From positions 253,511 to 317,510 of the forward strand of contig OY969472.1 of assembly GCA_963700155.1 (NCBI GenBank): DNA of 64,000 nucleotides. Reading direction: 5' to 3'. How positions within the stretch are numbered: position 1 is the first letter of the stretch; the number at the start of each line of letters is the position of its first letter. A program made the position numbers and the translations under genes. Below, one piece after another: positions 1-8,785 of the stretch. Below the pieces are notes generated by a model. It made no database searches. It was given only the letters and a program-made list of their open reading frames with translations, and was not told the origin of the DNA. The DNA is from an uncultured bacterium (GTDB lineage: Bacteria > Patescibacteriota > Dojkabacteria > J137).

Positions 1-622
1 ATTCTCCACCCTTTTTGCCAGCACCTGCTGCGAATTCTCCTATTAAATATTCATAAGCATCACCAAGAAGATCACTCTTTGGGTTTTTAATATCAAAATC
101 AATATCACTTAAAAGTGTTAATACCTGAACAATTGTTTCATTCTTCTTGTTTTCGCTATTTCCTAGTTTTGAGGAAGTTAAATCAACATCATCAAACAAA
201 CCTTTGAAATCATCTTCACTAGCCGTTCCCATTGATGTCTGCTCAATACTGTTTAAAACATTTTTTAAATCTTCAAGAATAAATGAATCTTTTACTTCAT
301 CTCCTTTGTTACCTTTTAGAACGATATATGAAAAAAGTTCAGTTGGTTTTAGAAAGAATCCTAAATGGTTTAAACAAGCTTTTTTAATTTCTTCTAGAGT
401 TTCATAACCTTCTTTTGTTAGTTCATTAATTTCTGAGAATTTAAAATCATCATTCGCAAGAAGTTTTTCGTTAACGTAATCTTGTAGTTTTTCTGAAAGA
501 TATTTATAGAAAATAAAGCCAAGAATATAGTTTTTATATTCATCTGCATTCATTTTGCCGCGTAGAGTGTTTGCTACAGCCCAAAGCTGTTTTTCTAGGA
601 GTCTTTTTAAGTCTTCTGACAT
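1..622 (-). CDS. hsdM: Type I restriction-modification methyltransferase subunit M (3' part outside window)
   Basis: Manual translation from ATG at 622: MSEDLKRLLEKQLWAVANTLRGKMNADEYKNYILGFIFYKYLSE...LLGDAYEYLIGEFAAGAGKKGGE, the typical HsdM N-terminal domain. Absent from the ORF track because it is truncated. Confidence 0.93.
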   Translation of the reverse strand, partial: MSEDLKRLLEKQLWAVANTLRGKMNADEYKNYILGFIFYKYLSEKLQDYVNEKLLANDDFKFSEINELTKEGYETLEEIKKACLNHLGFFLKPTELFSYIVLKGNKGDEVKDSFILEDLKNVLNSIEQTSMGTASEDDFKGLFDDVDLTSSKLGNSENKKNETIVQVLTLLSDIDFDIKNPKSDLLGDAYEYLIGEFAAGAGKKGGE

Positions 623-939
623 AGTTATATTTAGTTGAAATAATGATTTATTTATTGGATTAATTTTAGCATTAATAATCAAATCGAAGTAACACAGAAT
701 ATTATTTCAACTTTTGACAGACAGAACATTTAATCTGTTTAATAAGCATTTATATTTGCATTCTGAGGAAAAATATCCCAGTTTGTACCTTCAATATCAT
801 GTGTCCTACAAAAAAATCTATCATCACCAGTGTTATGATAAATATCACCTCCTTCTACACATTCGATTACAAATACAGCTAAATAACCACTATTTTAAAA
901 ATTAATTGTAAACTTTCTTATTAAGTACTATATTATTTT

Positions 940-1524
940 ATGCAGAAATTTTTTACTCCTAAAATACTGACCGCCGGAGCTTTGGTTTTAATTTCTTTTG
1001 TACTATTCGCAATCACAATTTATAGCATTTACCAATTTAACCAGTTAAATAGCAAAATTAATACATTAACAGCAACAAATACCACTGCTGATACGAATAC
1101 TCAGACCAATCAAACAAACACTCAATCTGAAGGAACTAATACCGATAATTTTTTAACAACTGATCAGTTATTTAGTGATGATGTAATAAAAGAACTTCAA
1201 AGTAAATTAAGTGCAGATTCAGTTGTTCAGACTGGACCAAAAGGTGATAAAGGAGACGCTGGAGCCAGTGGATTAATTACAGAACTTAAAAGATTCGATG
1301 ACTCTGCTAATGTTGGACCAAATTCAACAGGATCAGCTAATGCATCTTGTGATTCAGGGTGGTCATTGCTTTCTGGAGGTTGCAGGATTCAAGGATTTGT
1401 TCCTCCAGCAGATGTTGCAATTACAAATACTTATCCAGCAGGGTCAACTTGGTTTTGTGATGCTGTAAATAATGATGGCTCACAAACAATCAATCTTCAG
1501 AGTGCTGTAATCTGTTACAAGTAA
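940..1524 (+). CDS. Membrane-anchored surface protein with short collagen-like stretch and Cys-rich C-terminal domain
   Basis: N-terminal TM, Thr/Asn linker, GPKGDKGDAGASG (G-X-Y) and a 4-Cys C-terminal module (ASCDSGW..SGGC..WFC..AVIC). Confidence 0.7.
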   Translation: MQKFFTPKILTAGALVLISFVLFAITIYSIYQFNQLNSKINTLTATNTTADTNTQTNQTNTQSEGTNTDNFLTTDQLFSDDVIKELQSKLSADSVVQTGPKGDKGDAGASGLITELKRFDDSANVGPNSTGSANASCDSGWSLLSGGCRIQGFVPPADVAITNTYPAGSTWFCDAVNNDGSQTINLQSAVICYK

Positions 1525-1582
1525 AGTAATTTCAAAGATAAAATTTGTGCTATTATTACCTCATATTTTATAAATAAAAATA

Positions 1583-2092
1583 ATGATAAACAAATTTGAT
1601 TTAAAAAATATGCTTGGAGATGAAAACGAGGTTGAATATCTTTCAGGCAGATTAGAAAATTATATTAAACTGGCAGATAGTTATTTTCACTCCCATAATA
1701 TTACTTTTATTGGAACTTTAGGTGTTGAAACTACTCTCGGAGATTTCATGCTTGACTTTGCAGATGGAAAGAAACCCCTTGTTAATTGGCAAGAAAATCA
1801 AGATTCTGAAGTACAAATGAACTTAAACAGACTCTATGACGTACTTCAATTAATACTTGATGCAAAAGAATCCTTTGACGATAAAAATTTAGAAGACTAT
1901 AGAAAAATATTAAATAGTCTTCAATATTTTATTATGGAAGGAATAAATTGGTATATATATCATCAAGATAAAATTTTTTATAACGAAATCCAAGGTGGTG
2001 AAACTAAAGTAGAACCTGATAAAGGACTAAATGCTTTTGAAGACTTTATAAATAACAAATTAGACCTTTCAGGTCTTGATGAAGAATCTTAA
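1583..2092 (+). CDS. Hypothetical acidic protein
   Basis: 169-aa ORF, no recognised motif. Confidence 0.65.
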   Translation: MINKFDLKNMLGDENEVEYLSGRLENYIKLADSYFHSHNITFIGTLGVETTLGDFMLDFADGKKPLVNWQENQDSEVQMNLNRLYDVLQLILDAKESFDDKNLEDYRKILNSLQYFIMEGINWYIYHQDKIFYNEIQGGETKVEPDKGLNAFEDFINNKLDLSGLDEES

Positions 2093-2104
2093 ATAGAATA
2101 AATT

Positions 2105-2512
2105 CTACATTCCAGCTTGTGATTTAATCTCTTTTAAAGCTTGGAAAAAAGCTGTACTAGTTAGTGATGACCCATTAATAGCAGTTTCATCAAACTGATC
2201 TTTTATAGATTTTCCAACCACCCTATCTTTAGCAGCAATTTGAAATGTCTCTTGATAAGTACTTATTTCTCCTGTACTCATCTTATCTGTCAATGCAAGA
2301 TCTTTTATTGTATCTCCTTGAAGAGTAACACTAAGATCAAGGACTTTTGATTCATTTTTAGGAGCGTCATAAGCTGCACTAGACTCGTATGTTGTAAGTG
2401 CTGGGTTATTTGCATTGTAAATAATAACCCCTGTTACTAAAACTATTAGAGCAATTACTACACCTGTAGTAAGCATTAAGGTGTGCTCCTTCATATCTTT
2501 AAGGAACATCAT
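2105..2512 (-). CDS. Membrane-anchored protein, FMN-binding-domain-like
   Basis: N-terminal TM; C-terminal AINGSSLTSTAFFQALKEI resembles the (V/I)SGA(T/S)xTSxAxxxAL end of FMN_bind domains. Confidence 0.55.
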   Translation of the reverse strand: MMFLKDMKEHTLMLTTGVVIALIVLVTGVIIYNANNPALTTYESSAAYDAPKNESKVLDLSVTLQGDTIKDLALTDKMSTGEISTYQETFQIAAKDRVVGKSIKDQFDETAINGSSLTSTAFFQALKEIKSQAGM

Positions 2513-2621
2513 AATAAAAATTTAAAAATTAGAATAAATGGACGTTTGCTGTTTATGATAATATTATCGGATTTTTAACAAGGTTTCTACTAATAATAGT
2601 TTAATTGTATAATCCTTTGCT

Positions 2622-2888
2622 ATGGAATCTTCCGAAAATTTAAAAACAAATAAAACCATTGAAGCTATCGAGGAAATTAATATAGAAATTCGTAAAGAGG
2701 CGAAATCATTAATAAAGAGTCTTTTTAAGATAAGAGGTGGATCTGATAACTTTACTGATCATATCCAAATCTATAGACAAAGATTTGTTGCCAAGATGAT
2801 GGATAAATATTATCTAACTAGTGATGGTTTAGATGTTACTGATTTCGCGAAAGTTTTTGATGAAGAACTAGAAAAATATTCTGAATAA
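2622..2888 (+). CDS. Hypothetical protein
   Basis: 88-aa ORF with TATAAT 8 nt upstream of the ATG. Confidence 0.6.
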   Translation: MESSENLKTNKTIEAIEEINIEIRKEAKSLIKSLFKIRGGSDNFTDHIQIYRQRFVAKMMDKYYLTSDGLDVTDFAKVFDEELEKYSE

Positions 2889-2899
2889 AGTTTAACTTC

Positions 2900-3391
2900 C
2901 TATTTTTTTTTTGAAATTCGTGATTCATAATCGTCAAAAGTTCTATCGAATATATACTTAGCCATTCGAATCAAACCAACTGCTCCATCTCTCAATTTTT
3001 CTATATCTTCCTCGCAAAAAGTTTTTATAGTTCTGCCATAATTATTATTCATTCTTATTAAGCCTTCCATTTCACCGGATTTTAATACTGCTAAAAGTCT
3101 TTCAGCATTCTCAATTCCTCTGATTGCTGAAATAATTGGTGTTAAAACTAATTCTACTTCAGCAAATTCACTACTCCCAAGTTCTTCAACTGGTATATTT
3201 ATAGGCTTTAAAGAATTCCCATTTATTAATACTGTTTCTCTAAAGATAACTACTTTTTCAAAAATATCTATAAAGTCACCGATTTTTTTATATTCTTCAG
3301 GAGTTGGATGTAATTTGGTTTCAAAGTAACTGCGTTCAGTAACAGACATTTTAAATGCATGAAATTCTTCCGGTTTTGGGTCGTTATTCAT
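2900..3391 (-). CDS. Hypothetical protein
   Basis: 163-aa ORF, no recognised motif. Confidence 0.6.
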   Translation of the reverse strand: MNNDPKPEEFHAFKMSVTERSYFETKLHPTPEEYKKIGDFIDIFEKVVIFRETVLINGNSLKPINIPVEELGSSEFAEVELVLTPIISAIRGIENAERLLAVLKSGEMEGLIRMNNNYGRTIKTFCEEDIEKLRDGAVGLIRMAKYIFDRTFDDYESRISKKK

Positions 3392-3440
3392 AAATTATAT
3401 ATAATTATTATGCATTTATTATATCAATTTAGTGTTATTT

Positions 3441-4382
3441 TTAGAACTCTTTTGGAAGTTTGGTGGCGAAAATTTTGATTTCTTCTGATTTGTAAAGTTT
3501 TAATTTTAATGAATATGCATGAAGCATTAATCTAGAGAAATTTTCGCCGCCATACAATTCATCTCCAAGAATCGGGAATCCAATACCTTTCAGATGCACC
3601 CTAATTTGATGAGTTCTTCCTGTTGCTGGAATTATTTTTAATAGAGAGTATTTTTTCTTCTTCTTCACCGGATGCTCCCAATGCTTTTCAAAATAAAACC
3701 TTGTTCTTGCCGGTAGACCTTTCTGTTGAGAAGTATTCATAAATTCTTTTCGATTTAAATTAGATCTCCCAATATAGGTGAATACTTCAAAAAACTCTTT
3801 ATCAGTTTTAGATCTTAAATATTCTTCAAAATCTCCGCTAACAACTGCATAATATGTTTTTTCAACTTCTCTATTCTCAAATTCTTTTGAATAATACTCA
3901 TGAGCTTCTTTATCTTTCGAAAATAAAATTACACCAGAAGTATCTTTGTCTAATCTATGAATCGGTCTTATTCGATTAACAGTTCCATTATTATTTTTAT
4001 TCATTTCGTAATATAAAAGCCCGTTCATCAAAGTATCATCAGTATGTGAAGTTACAGGATGTACAACAATTCCGGTTTTTTTATTTACAACAATCAAAAA
4101 CTCATCTTCATAAATAATTTCAAGATCCATTTTTACTGGTTTTATTTTTGAGAACTCATTTTCATTAAGCATTTTATGGGATTTTTGAAGGTCAATCTCG
4201 ACTTTCATGCCATTTGAAACTCTAAAATTTGGTTTTACTTTTTGACCATCAACCTTCAAAAATCCCTCCATAATTATCTTTTTTGCAGTTGTCCTTGTTA
4301 ACTCAGGTATCTGGGAAAGAAGATATAAGTCTACTCTTGTTTGATTGCTTAGCATTTCTACTAAAAATGTTTTAGAATTCAA
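3441..4382 (-). CDS. RluA-family pseudouridine synthase (RluD-like, with S4 domain)
   Basis: S4 domain (RVDLYL), VNKKTGIVVHP, catalytic HRLDKDTSG, TGRTHQIRVH, PILGDELYG. Confidence 0.93.
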   Translation of the reverse strand: MNSKTFLVEMLSNQTRVDLYLLSQIPELTRTTAKKIIMEGFLKVDGQKVKPNFRVSNGMKVEIDLQKSHKMLNENEFSKIKPVKMDLEIIYEDEFLIVVNKKTGIVVHPVTSHTDDTLMNGLLYYEMNKNNNGTVNRIRPIHRLDKDTSGVILFSKDKEAHEYYSKEFENREVEKTYYAVVSGDFEEYLRSKTDKEFFEVFTYIGRSNLNRKEFMNTSQQKGLPARTRFYFEKHWEHPVKKKKKYSLLKIIPATGRTHQIRVHLKGIGFPILGDELYGGENFSRLMLHAYSLKLKLYKSEEIKIFATKLPKEF

Positions 4383-4407
4383 TAACCTTAGTTAATAATT
4401 TAATTTT

Positions 4408-5163
4408 ATGAATTTAGCAGTCTCGGGCTGGAATGGCGCCGGAACCTCTTCACTCAGTTTAATTTTAGCAAAAACATTCAATTTAAAGTTGATTCAGGCT
4501 ACACAAACCTTTAGATTTTTGGGTGAAAAGCTTAATTACCAAGACCAAGGTGAAGGAAGAATTGATGCAGATGAATTTTTAGAAGATTACTGGGGTCCAA
4601 TAATGGATGATTATACTGATTCTCTTTTAACAACATCTGATAATATAATTTTAGAAAGTGATACTGCAGCATTGAGAATCGGCAAGATAAAAAATCTATT
4701 TTCAGTGTTCCTTTATGCCGATTCTCAAACAAGACTTAAGAGATTGGATATTGATAATCGCCCAAAAGATGCAGATCTTTTAGCTCAAAGAGATGCTATG
4801 CTAAGGGAAAAATATCAAAAAATTTCTGGAGTTGACTGGATGAATGTTCAAGCACTAAAAACTAAATATAATCTAGTTCTTGATAATTCTCACCTAAATA
4901 TTTCTCCCGAACTTTTTGCAGTTTACAAAGGTCTCTATAAGAGTAAATTAATTTCGAGATCTGATTATGAACGATATGAAAATTTTGCTCAAGATGAAGA
5001 GATTAATTTCTGGGAAAAAGGAAAAGATTGGTACTTAGATTATATAAAAGATAAAAATGATTACACTGAACCACAGGTATTAATAAAAGCAATACGAGAG
5101 AAATATAAAGATAAAATTCAGGATTTTCCTTCTCAACTAAAATCGGTAATTTTTGATGTCTAA
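4408..5163 (+). CDS. Cytidylate kinase-like P-loop kinase (archaeal-type Cmk family) with C-terminal extension
   Basis: AVSGWNGAGTSS P-loop variant, GxxFR-like (TQTFR), ILES, lid RLKR..RD, YNLVLDNS. Confidence 0.65.
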   Translation: MNLAVSGWNGAGTSSLSLILAKTFNLKLIQATQTFRFLGEKLNYQDQGEGRIDADEFLEDYWGPIMDDYTDSLLTTSDNIILESDTAALRIGKIKNLFSVFLYADSQTRLKRLDIDNRPKDADLLAQRDAMLREKYQKISGVDWMNVQALKTKYNLVLDNSHLNISPELFAVYKGLYKSKLISRSDYERYENFAQDEEINFWEKGKDWYLDYIKDKNDYTEPQVLIKAIREKYKDKIQDFPSQLKSVIFDV

Positions 5164-5223
5164 GTTTAAAGTATTTACCCATTTGAATTTTCGTAATAGG
5201 AGTGATATTATATCGCTACGATT

Positions 5224-5703
5224 ATGAAAAGTAAGAAAAAGGGAAAAAATAAAGTTACTTTGCTACTGATTCTTCTAGTGATTATTGGCATTTTCGCAGT
5301 ACTAGCTTCAAGTAAGCTTATAAGGATTCAAGTAAATTCAGAGACAATAGACGGAGACGTTGTTACTTCAAACTTTATTGATACAACACAAGATTCTAAA
5401 GTTGTTAACCTTAGCGAGATAAAAAACAGCAAACAAAAGAATGTAATATTATTTACTGCAAGTTGGTGTGGTTCATGTAGCAGATTAGTTGATGATTTAA
5501 AAGCTGACTCAATAATTTATCCTAATATTACTATGTATGTTTTTGATCTTGAAACATATAGAGATACAGCAAATGAACTTAATGTTCCTATTACTCCAAC
5601 ACTAGTCCTTCTTGAAAATGGAAAGACTAAAAACTATCCTGAGATTGGAATTAATAACCTTCCAACAATATTAAGCGACTTCAATAGATTAGGCATTCGA
5701 TAA
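5224..5703 (+). CDS. Membrane-anchored thioredoxin-family protein
   Basis: N-terminal TM, FTASWCGSC (CxxC), cis-Pro motif ITPTLV. Confidence 0.85.
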   Translation: MKSKKKGKNKVTLLLILLVIIGIFAVLASSKLIRIQVNSETIDGDVVTSNFIDTTQDSKVVNLSEIKNSKQKNVILFTASWCGSCSRLVDDLKADSIIYPNITMYVFDLETYRDTANELNVPITPTLVLLENGKTKNYPEIGINNLPTILSDFNRLGIR

Positions 5704-5752
5704 CTCTTTAATTTAAAGTATACTATTATTAAATATTTCTAAGTTTATTCGC

Positions 5753-6400
5753 ATGTACATAGGAGTTTTAATTTACGCACTACTTTTTATAATTCAATTT
5801 TCATTATCTTTGTATAGCTGGCAAGCAAGGGGAAAATTAAAATTAAAATATTCAAAGATCCTAGGCTCAATGATTGAAGTTGAAAAAACGATTGAAAAAA
5901 TAATTAACTTAAATAATAAATTTAAAGCCAAAGTAACATATGTATTTGAAGGTTCTGCTAAAGCTGGGGATAGGATGCTTTATGTAAACAAGGAATCAAT
6001 GTATAAGAATGATTTATTAAGCAATTATTTTTTGCTTTTTGAATATTTTTTGACTAATAAAAATGGAAGAATTGCAAGAAATTTTAGATCATATCAGAAT
6101 ATATTATTTTTTATGCAGTTTTTGCTTTTTATTGCAGGGTTAATATTGAATAGCAATATAGGTTTAATTCTTATTTTTTTAGGAATTAGTTTAGAAATTA
6201 CTTTGATCATTACTTCAATTTTTGTTTACTACTTTTCTTCAGTTCTAGAAAAGAATCTTCAGCAGGCAGCGGTCGTAATTTTAGAACTTGATAATGTAGA
6301 GGAAGCCAGAGCAGATAGACTAAAGAAAGATTTATTATTAAGATTTTTTGAATATCCAATAACTCCAATCTGGGGATTATTCCAGTTTCTAAAGCCATAA
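5753..6400 (+). CDS. Hypothetical membrane protein
   Basis: 215-aa ORF with about 3 hydrophobic segments. Confidence 0.65.
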   Translation: MYIGVLIYALLFIIQFSLSLYSWQARGKLKLKYSKILGSMIEVEKTIEKIINLNNKFKAKVTYVFEGSAKAGDRMLYVNKESMYKNDLLSNYFLLFEYFLTNKNGRIARNFRSYQNILFFMQFLLFIAGLILNSNIGLILIFLGISLEITLIITSIFVYYFSSVLEKNLQQAAVVILELDNVEEARADRLKKDLLLRFFEYPITPIWGLFQFLKP

Positions 6401-6405
6401 AAAGC

Positions 6406-6751
6406 GGGTCTAGTTAATAAGCCGGATTCTGTATAACGAGAATCATTTATCTATGCCCTTTTTAAAAGGTTGCTCCTGGCGAGGGGTTGCCAATCATATA
6501 AATTACTCTATATGATAGTGAGCTCTTACCTCACTTTTTCACCCTTACTCTGTAAAATTGCAATTGCTGAAATCTTGCAGAGCGGTTTATTTTCTGTTGC
6601 CCTTTTCTCCCTAAGATTGCTCCCAGCCGATCCTTCGATAAACTTAGTATTTAAGAAAATACCAAATAAACGAGTTCGCGGTGCCATTTTAATGGAGTCC
6701 GGACTTTCCTCTAAATCTTTAAAAGACTTAGCGATTCTCTTAACTAGACCC
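6406..6751 (-). ncRNA. rnpB: RNase P RNA
   Basis: Minus strand has the P1 helix GGGTCTAGTTAA...TTAACTAGACCC, the conserved GAGGAAAGTCCGGAC (P4 5' side), GCAACAGAAA and terminal ACAGAATCCGGCTTA; about 346 nt. Confidence 0.95.
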
Positions 6752-6756
6752 ACTAT

Positions 6757-6765
6757 ATTATACCA
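6757..6765 (-). promoter_or_regulatory. Extended -10 promoter of rnpB
   Basis: TGgTATAAT 5 nt upstream of the P1 helix. Confidence 0.75.
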
Positions 6766-6777
6766 TTTTTAAGAAAT

Positions 6778-7068
6778 TTAAGCTTCTCTGGCAAATAAAT
6801 TCATTTCTAAAGTAACTCTTTCTATCTCATCAATCAAATATTCATGAAGAACAGTTTCAACCTCCTCTCTAGTAATATCGAATTCTGAACCATCTCTAAA
6901 TAGCCTTAATACTTCTTCAACAACTATATCAGTATCAACTTCAATACCTGCATTTGTTAATAATCTATAAACCTCATCAACTCGTGACTTTATTAAACTA
7001 TCTGTATCTAAATCAGCATTAGATTTCATCACTTGTTCCATTGGATTCGGTTGTCTTAAGTCTGTCAT
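6778..7068 (-). CDS. Hypothetical acidic protein
   Basis: 96-aa ORF. Confidence 0.6.
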   Translation of the reverse strand: MTDLRQPNPMEQVMKSNADLDTDSLIKSRVDEVYRLLTNAGIEVDTDIVVEEVLRLFRDGSEFDITREEVETVLHEYLIDEIERVTLEMNLFAREA

Positions 7069-7241
7069 AAAAGTTTAGTAATATGTAGTTCAAAAATTTT
7101 ACGTATACAAAGATGAAATGTCAAAAACTTAATTCCTTTATTTTAAAATTAATAGTCTAAGATATAGCTTCATATACTTTTTTAGGGATTTATTGTACTG
7201 GTATCTAAGAATTGTCGACTATGCCTTTTTTTAGTATTTTC

Positions 7242-7305
7242 AAGTTGCCCAAATTGGTACCAATTTGGGCAACTTTTGGTATATTTTTGGTCAGGTTTTG
7301 GGCAA
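7242..7305. repeat. 34-bp perfect palindrome plus five TTGG(T/G) motifs at 11-bp period
   Basis: AAGTTGCCCAAATTGGT|ACCAATTTGGGCAACTT (7242-7275); TTGG(T/G) starts at 7254, 7265, 7276, 7287 and 7298. Confidence 0.9.
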
Positions 7306-7444
7306 TCTAGAAAACAGGGAAAAAGGATAACCACCAGACTTTTGAAAAATGTAAATATATCAACCATTTAAATCAAATTAAAAAACATAAATTTTGTAAT
7401 GTGATACATTTTTTAAGTCAAACTAAAATGCTAGAATCCCTTTC

Positions 7445-7726
7445 ATGAAAGAAAAATTAATTTCAAAACATATAAGACTTTCGGCAGATGTTTTAAATCA
7501 ATTAAATAAAGAAGCTGATTTCTACGGATATAAATTAAACCAGTGGATAAGATATATTTTGACTAACAGAGCTTTTGATTTATCAATAAAAACAACTTCA
7601 GAAAGGCAGCTAGCAAGAAAAATGGTAAAAATTTTAAAGTATACTCCTCAAGAAAAAAGGCCTCCCTTAAGAAATATCGGTGAAATTGATGATTTTATAG
7701 ATAGATTGAAAAAGGATTTAGATTAA
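7445..7726 (+). CDS. Ribbon-helix-helix-like DNA-binding protein (CopG/antitoxin-like)
   Basis: N-terminal KHIRLSADVLNQLNKEADFYGYKLNQWIRYIL fits the beta-alpha-alpha RHH pattern; TGcTAGAAT lies 7 nt before the ATG. Confidence 0.6.
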   Translation: MKEKLISKHIRLSADVLNQLNKEADFYGYKLNQWIRYILTNRAFDLSIKTTSERQLARKMVKILKYTPQEKRPPLRNIGEIDDFIDRLKKDLD

Positions 7727-7740
7727 TTGGGTATTAATAA

Positions 7741-8046
7741 TTATTTGCCTTTTTTCTTATTAAGATATGGGAAAATAACTAAAATATCATCTTCATTTTT
7801 TGAATTTGTTTTTGCTTCGATCTCAAGGTAACTTACACAAATATCGTGTATCTGCTCTATTGTAATCTTGATATTCATCAATCTACAGTGCTCTAAAATT
7901 TGTTTTTCAAGAAAATCTAGATCGTATGATACTTCTAATAGCTTTGAATGTTGTATTACTTGATTTAAAAGTGTCTGAATGTGTAAAGAAAGTGACTGTT
8001 TATCAAAAAGTGGCTCAAATTCTACATTAAATGAATCAAAACTCAT
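7741..8046 (-). CDS. Hypothetical protein
   Basis: 101-aa ORF downstream of recX. Confidence 0.55.
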   Translation of the reverse strand: MSFDSFNVEFEPLFDKQSLSLHIQTLLNQVIQHSKLLEVSYDLDFLEKQILEHCRLMNIKITIEQIHDICVSYLEIEAKTNSKNEDDILVIFPYLNKKKGK

Positions 8047-8066
8047 TATATAAAAATAATAAATAT

Positions 8067-8699
8067 TTAAAATATATCTTTTAATACTTTTGAAATATCA
8101 GAGTATTTAAATCCGCGCGAGAGAAGTTTCTGAGTTAATTTTTGTCTACGCTCAAAGTCAGAATCTGCTTTTATTCCAGGTAGGGATTTCTTCACAAAAG
8201 CGTTAATCTTTTCTAAGATCTCTGGTTTAGATTCTTCGTTAATAAAACGCTTTAAGACTTCTCTCGCGCGGCTGGAACTTATTCCTTTTGACAATAATTC
8301 TGAATAAATCTTATTCTCTCCATGAGCTCCAAAATCCATTCTATTTTGTATATACCATTCAGTAAATTTCTCATCATCCAAGAATCCTTTCTCTTTTAAG
8401 ACTTGGATCATCCTTAACGCATCCTCCTGTAGCAAATTTCTTCTATATAATAAATACTCTCTCATCTCTTTTTCTGATCTGGGGCGAACAATCGTATAAT
8501 TTATTGCTTTTTCTAAAACTTTATTAAAACCTGCAGCTTTTTCAACTTCTTTTTTTTCTTCTGGACTAATCTCTTTTCCTTTAAAAAGTCCTAACAATAA
8601 TAAATCGTTTTTATCTAAACCAATCCAAAATTCTTCATCAAGAAAAATATTTACCCTAGACTCTCTTTTTTTCGCTTGTTCAATTTTAGTAATTACCAT
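8067..8699 (-). CDS. recX: Regulatory protein RecX
   Basis: ITKIEQAKK..RVNIFLD N-terminus, RPRSEKEMREYL, GFLDDEKF, KLLSRGF. Confidence 0.9.
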   Translation of the reverse strand: MVITKIEQAKKRESRVNIFLDEEFWIGLDKNDLLLLGLFKGKEISPEEKKEVEKAAGFNKVLEKAINYTIVRPRSEKEMREYLLYRRNLLQEDALRMIQVLKEKGFLDDEKFTEWYIQNRMDFGAHGENKIYSELLSKGISSSRAREVLKRFINEESKPEILEKINAFVKKSLPGIKADSDFERRQKLTQKLLSRGFKYSDISKVLKDIF

Positions 8700-8785
8700 A
8701 AATTGATTATAACCTAAGAACTCTAAGCAAAAGATCTTTAATTAGTTTAAAATGTATTTAGATATAAACTTTTAGCTACATTCCT

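Noticed and set aside
147-407. 86-aa plus-strand ORF
   Set aside because: Antisense shadow of hsdM.
714-905. 63-aa ORF
   Set aside because: TTG start, no motif, His/Tyr/Leu-biased composition; not supportable as a gene.
6470-6772. ORFs 6470-6772 (+) and 6526-6753 (-)
   Set aside because: Both overlap the RNase P RNA gene.
7182-7367. 61-aa minus-strand ORF
   Set aside because: Runs through the palindrome/phased array; the translation simply reflects the DNA repeats.
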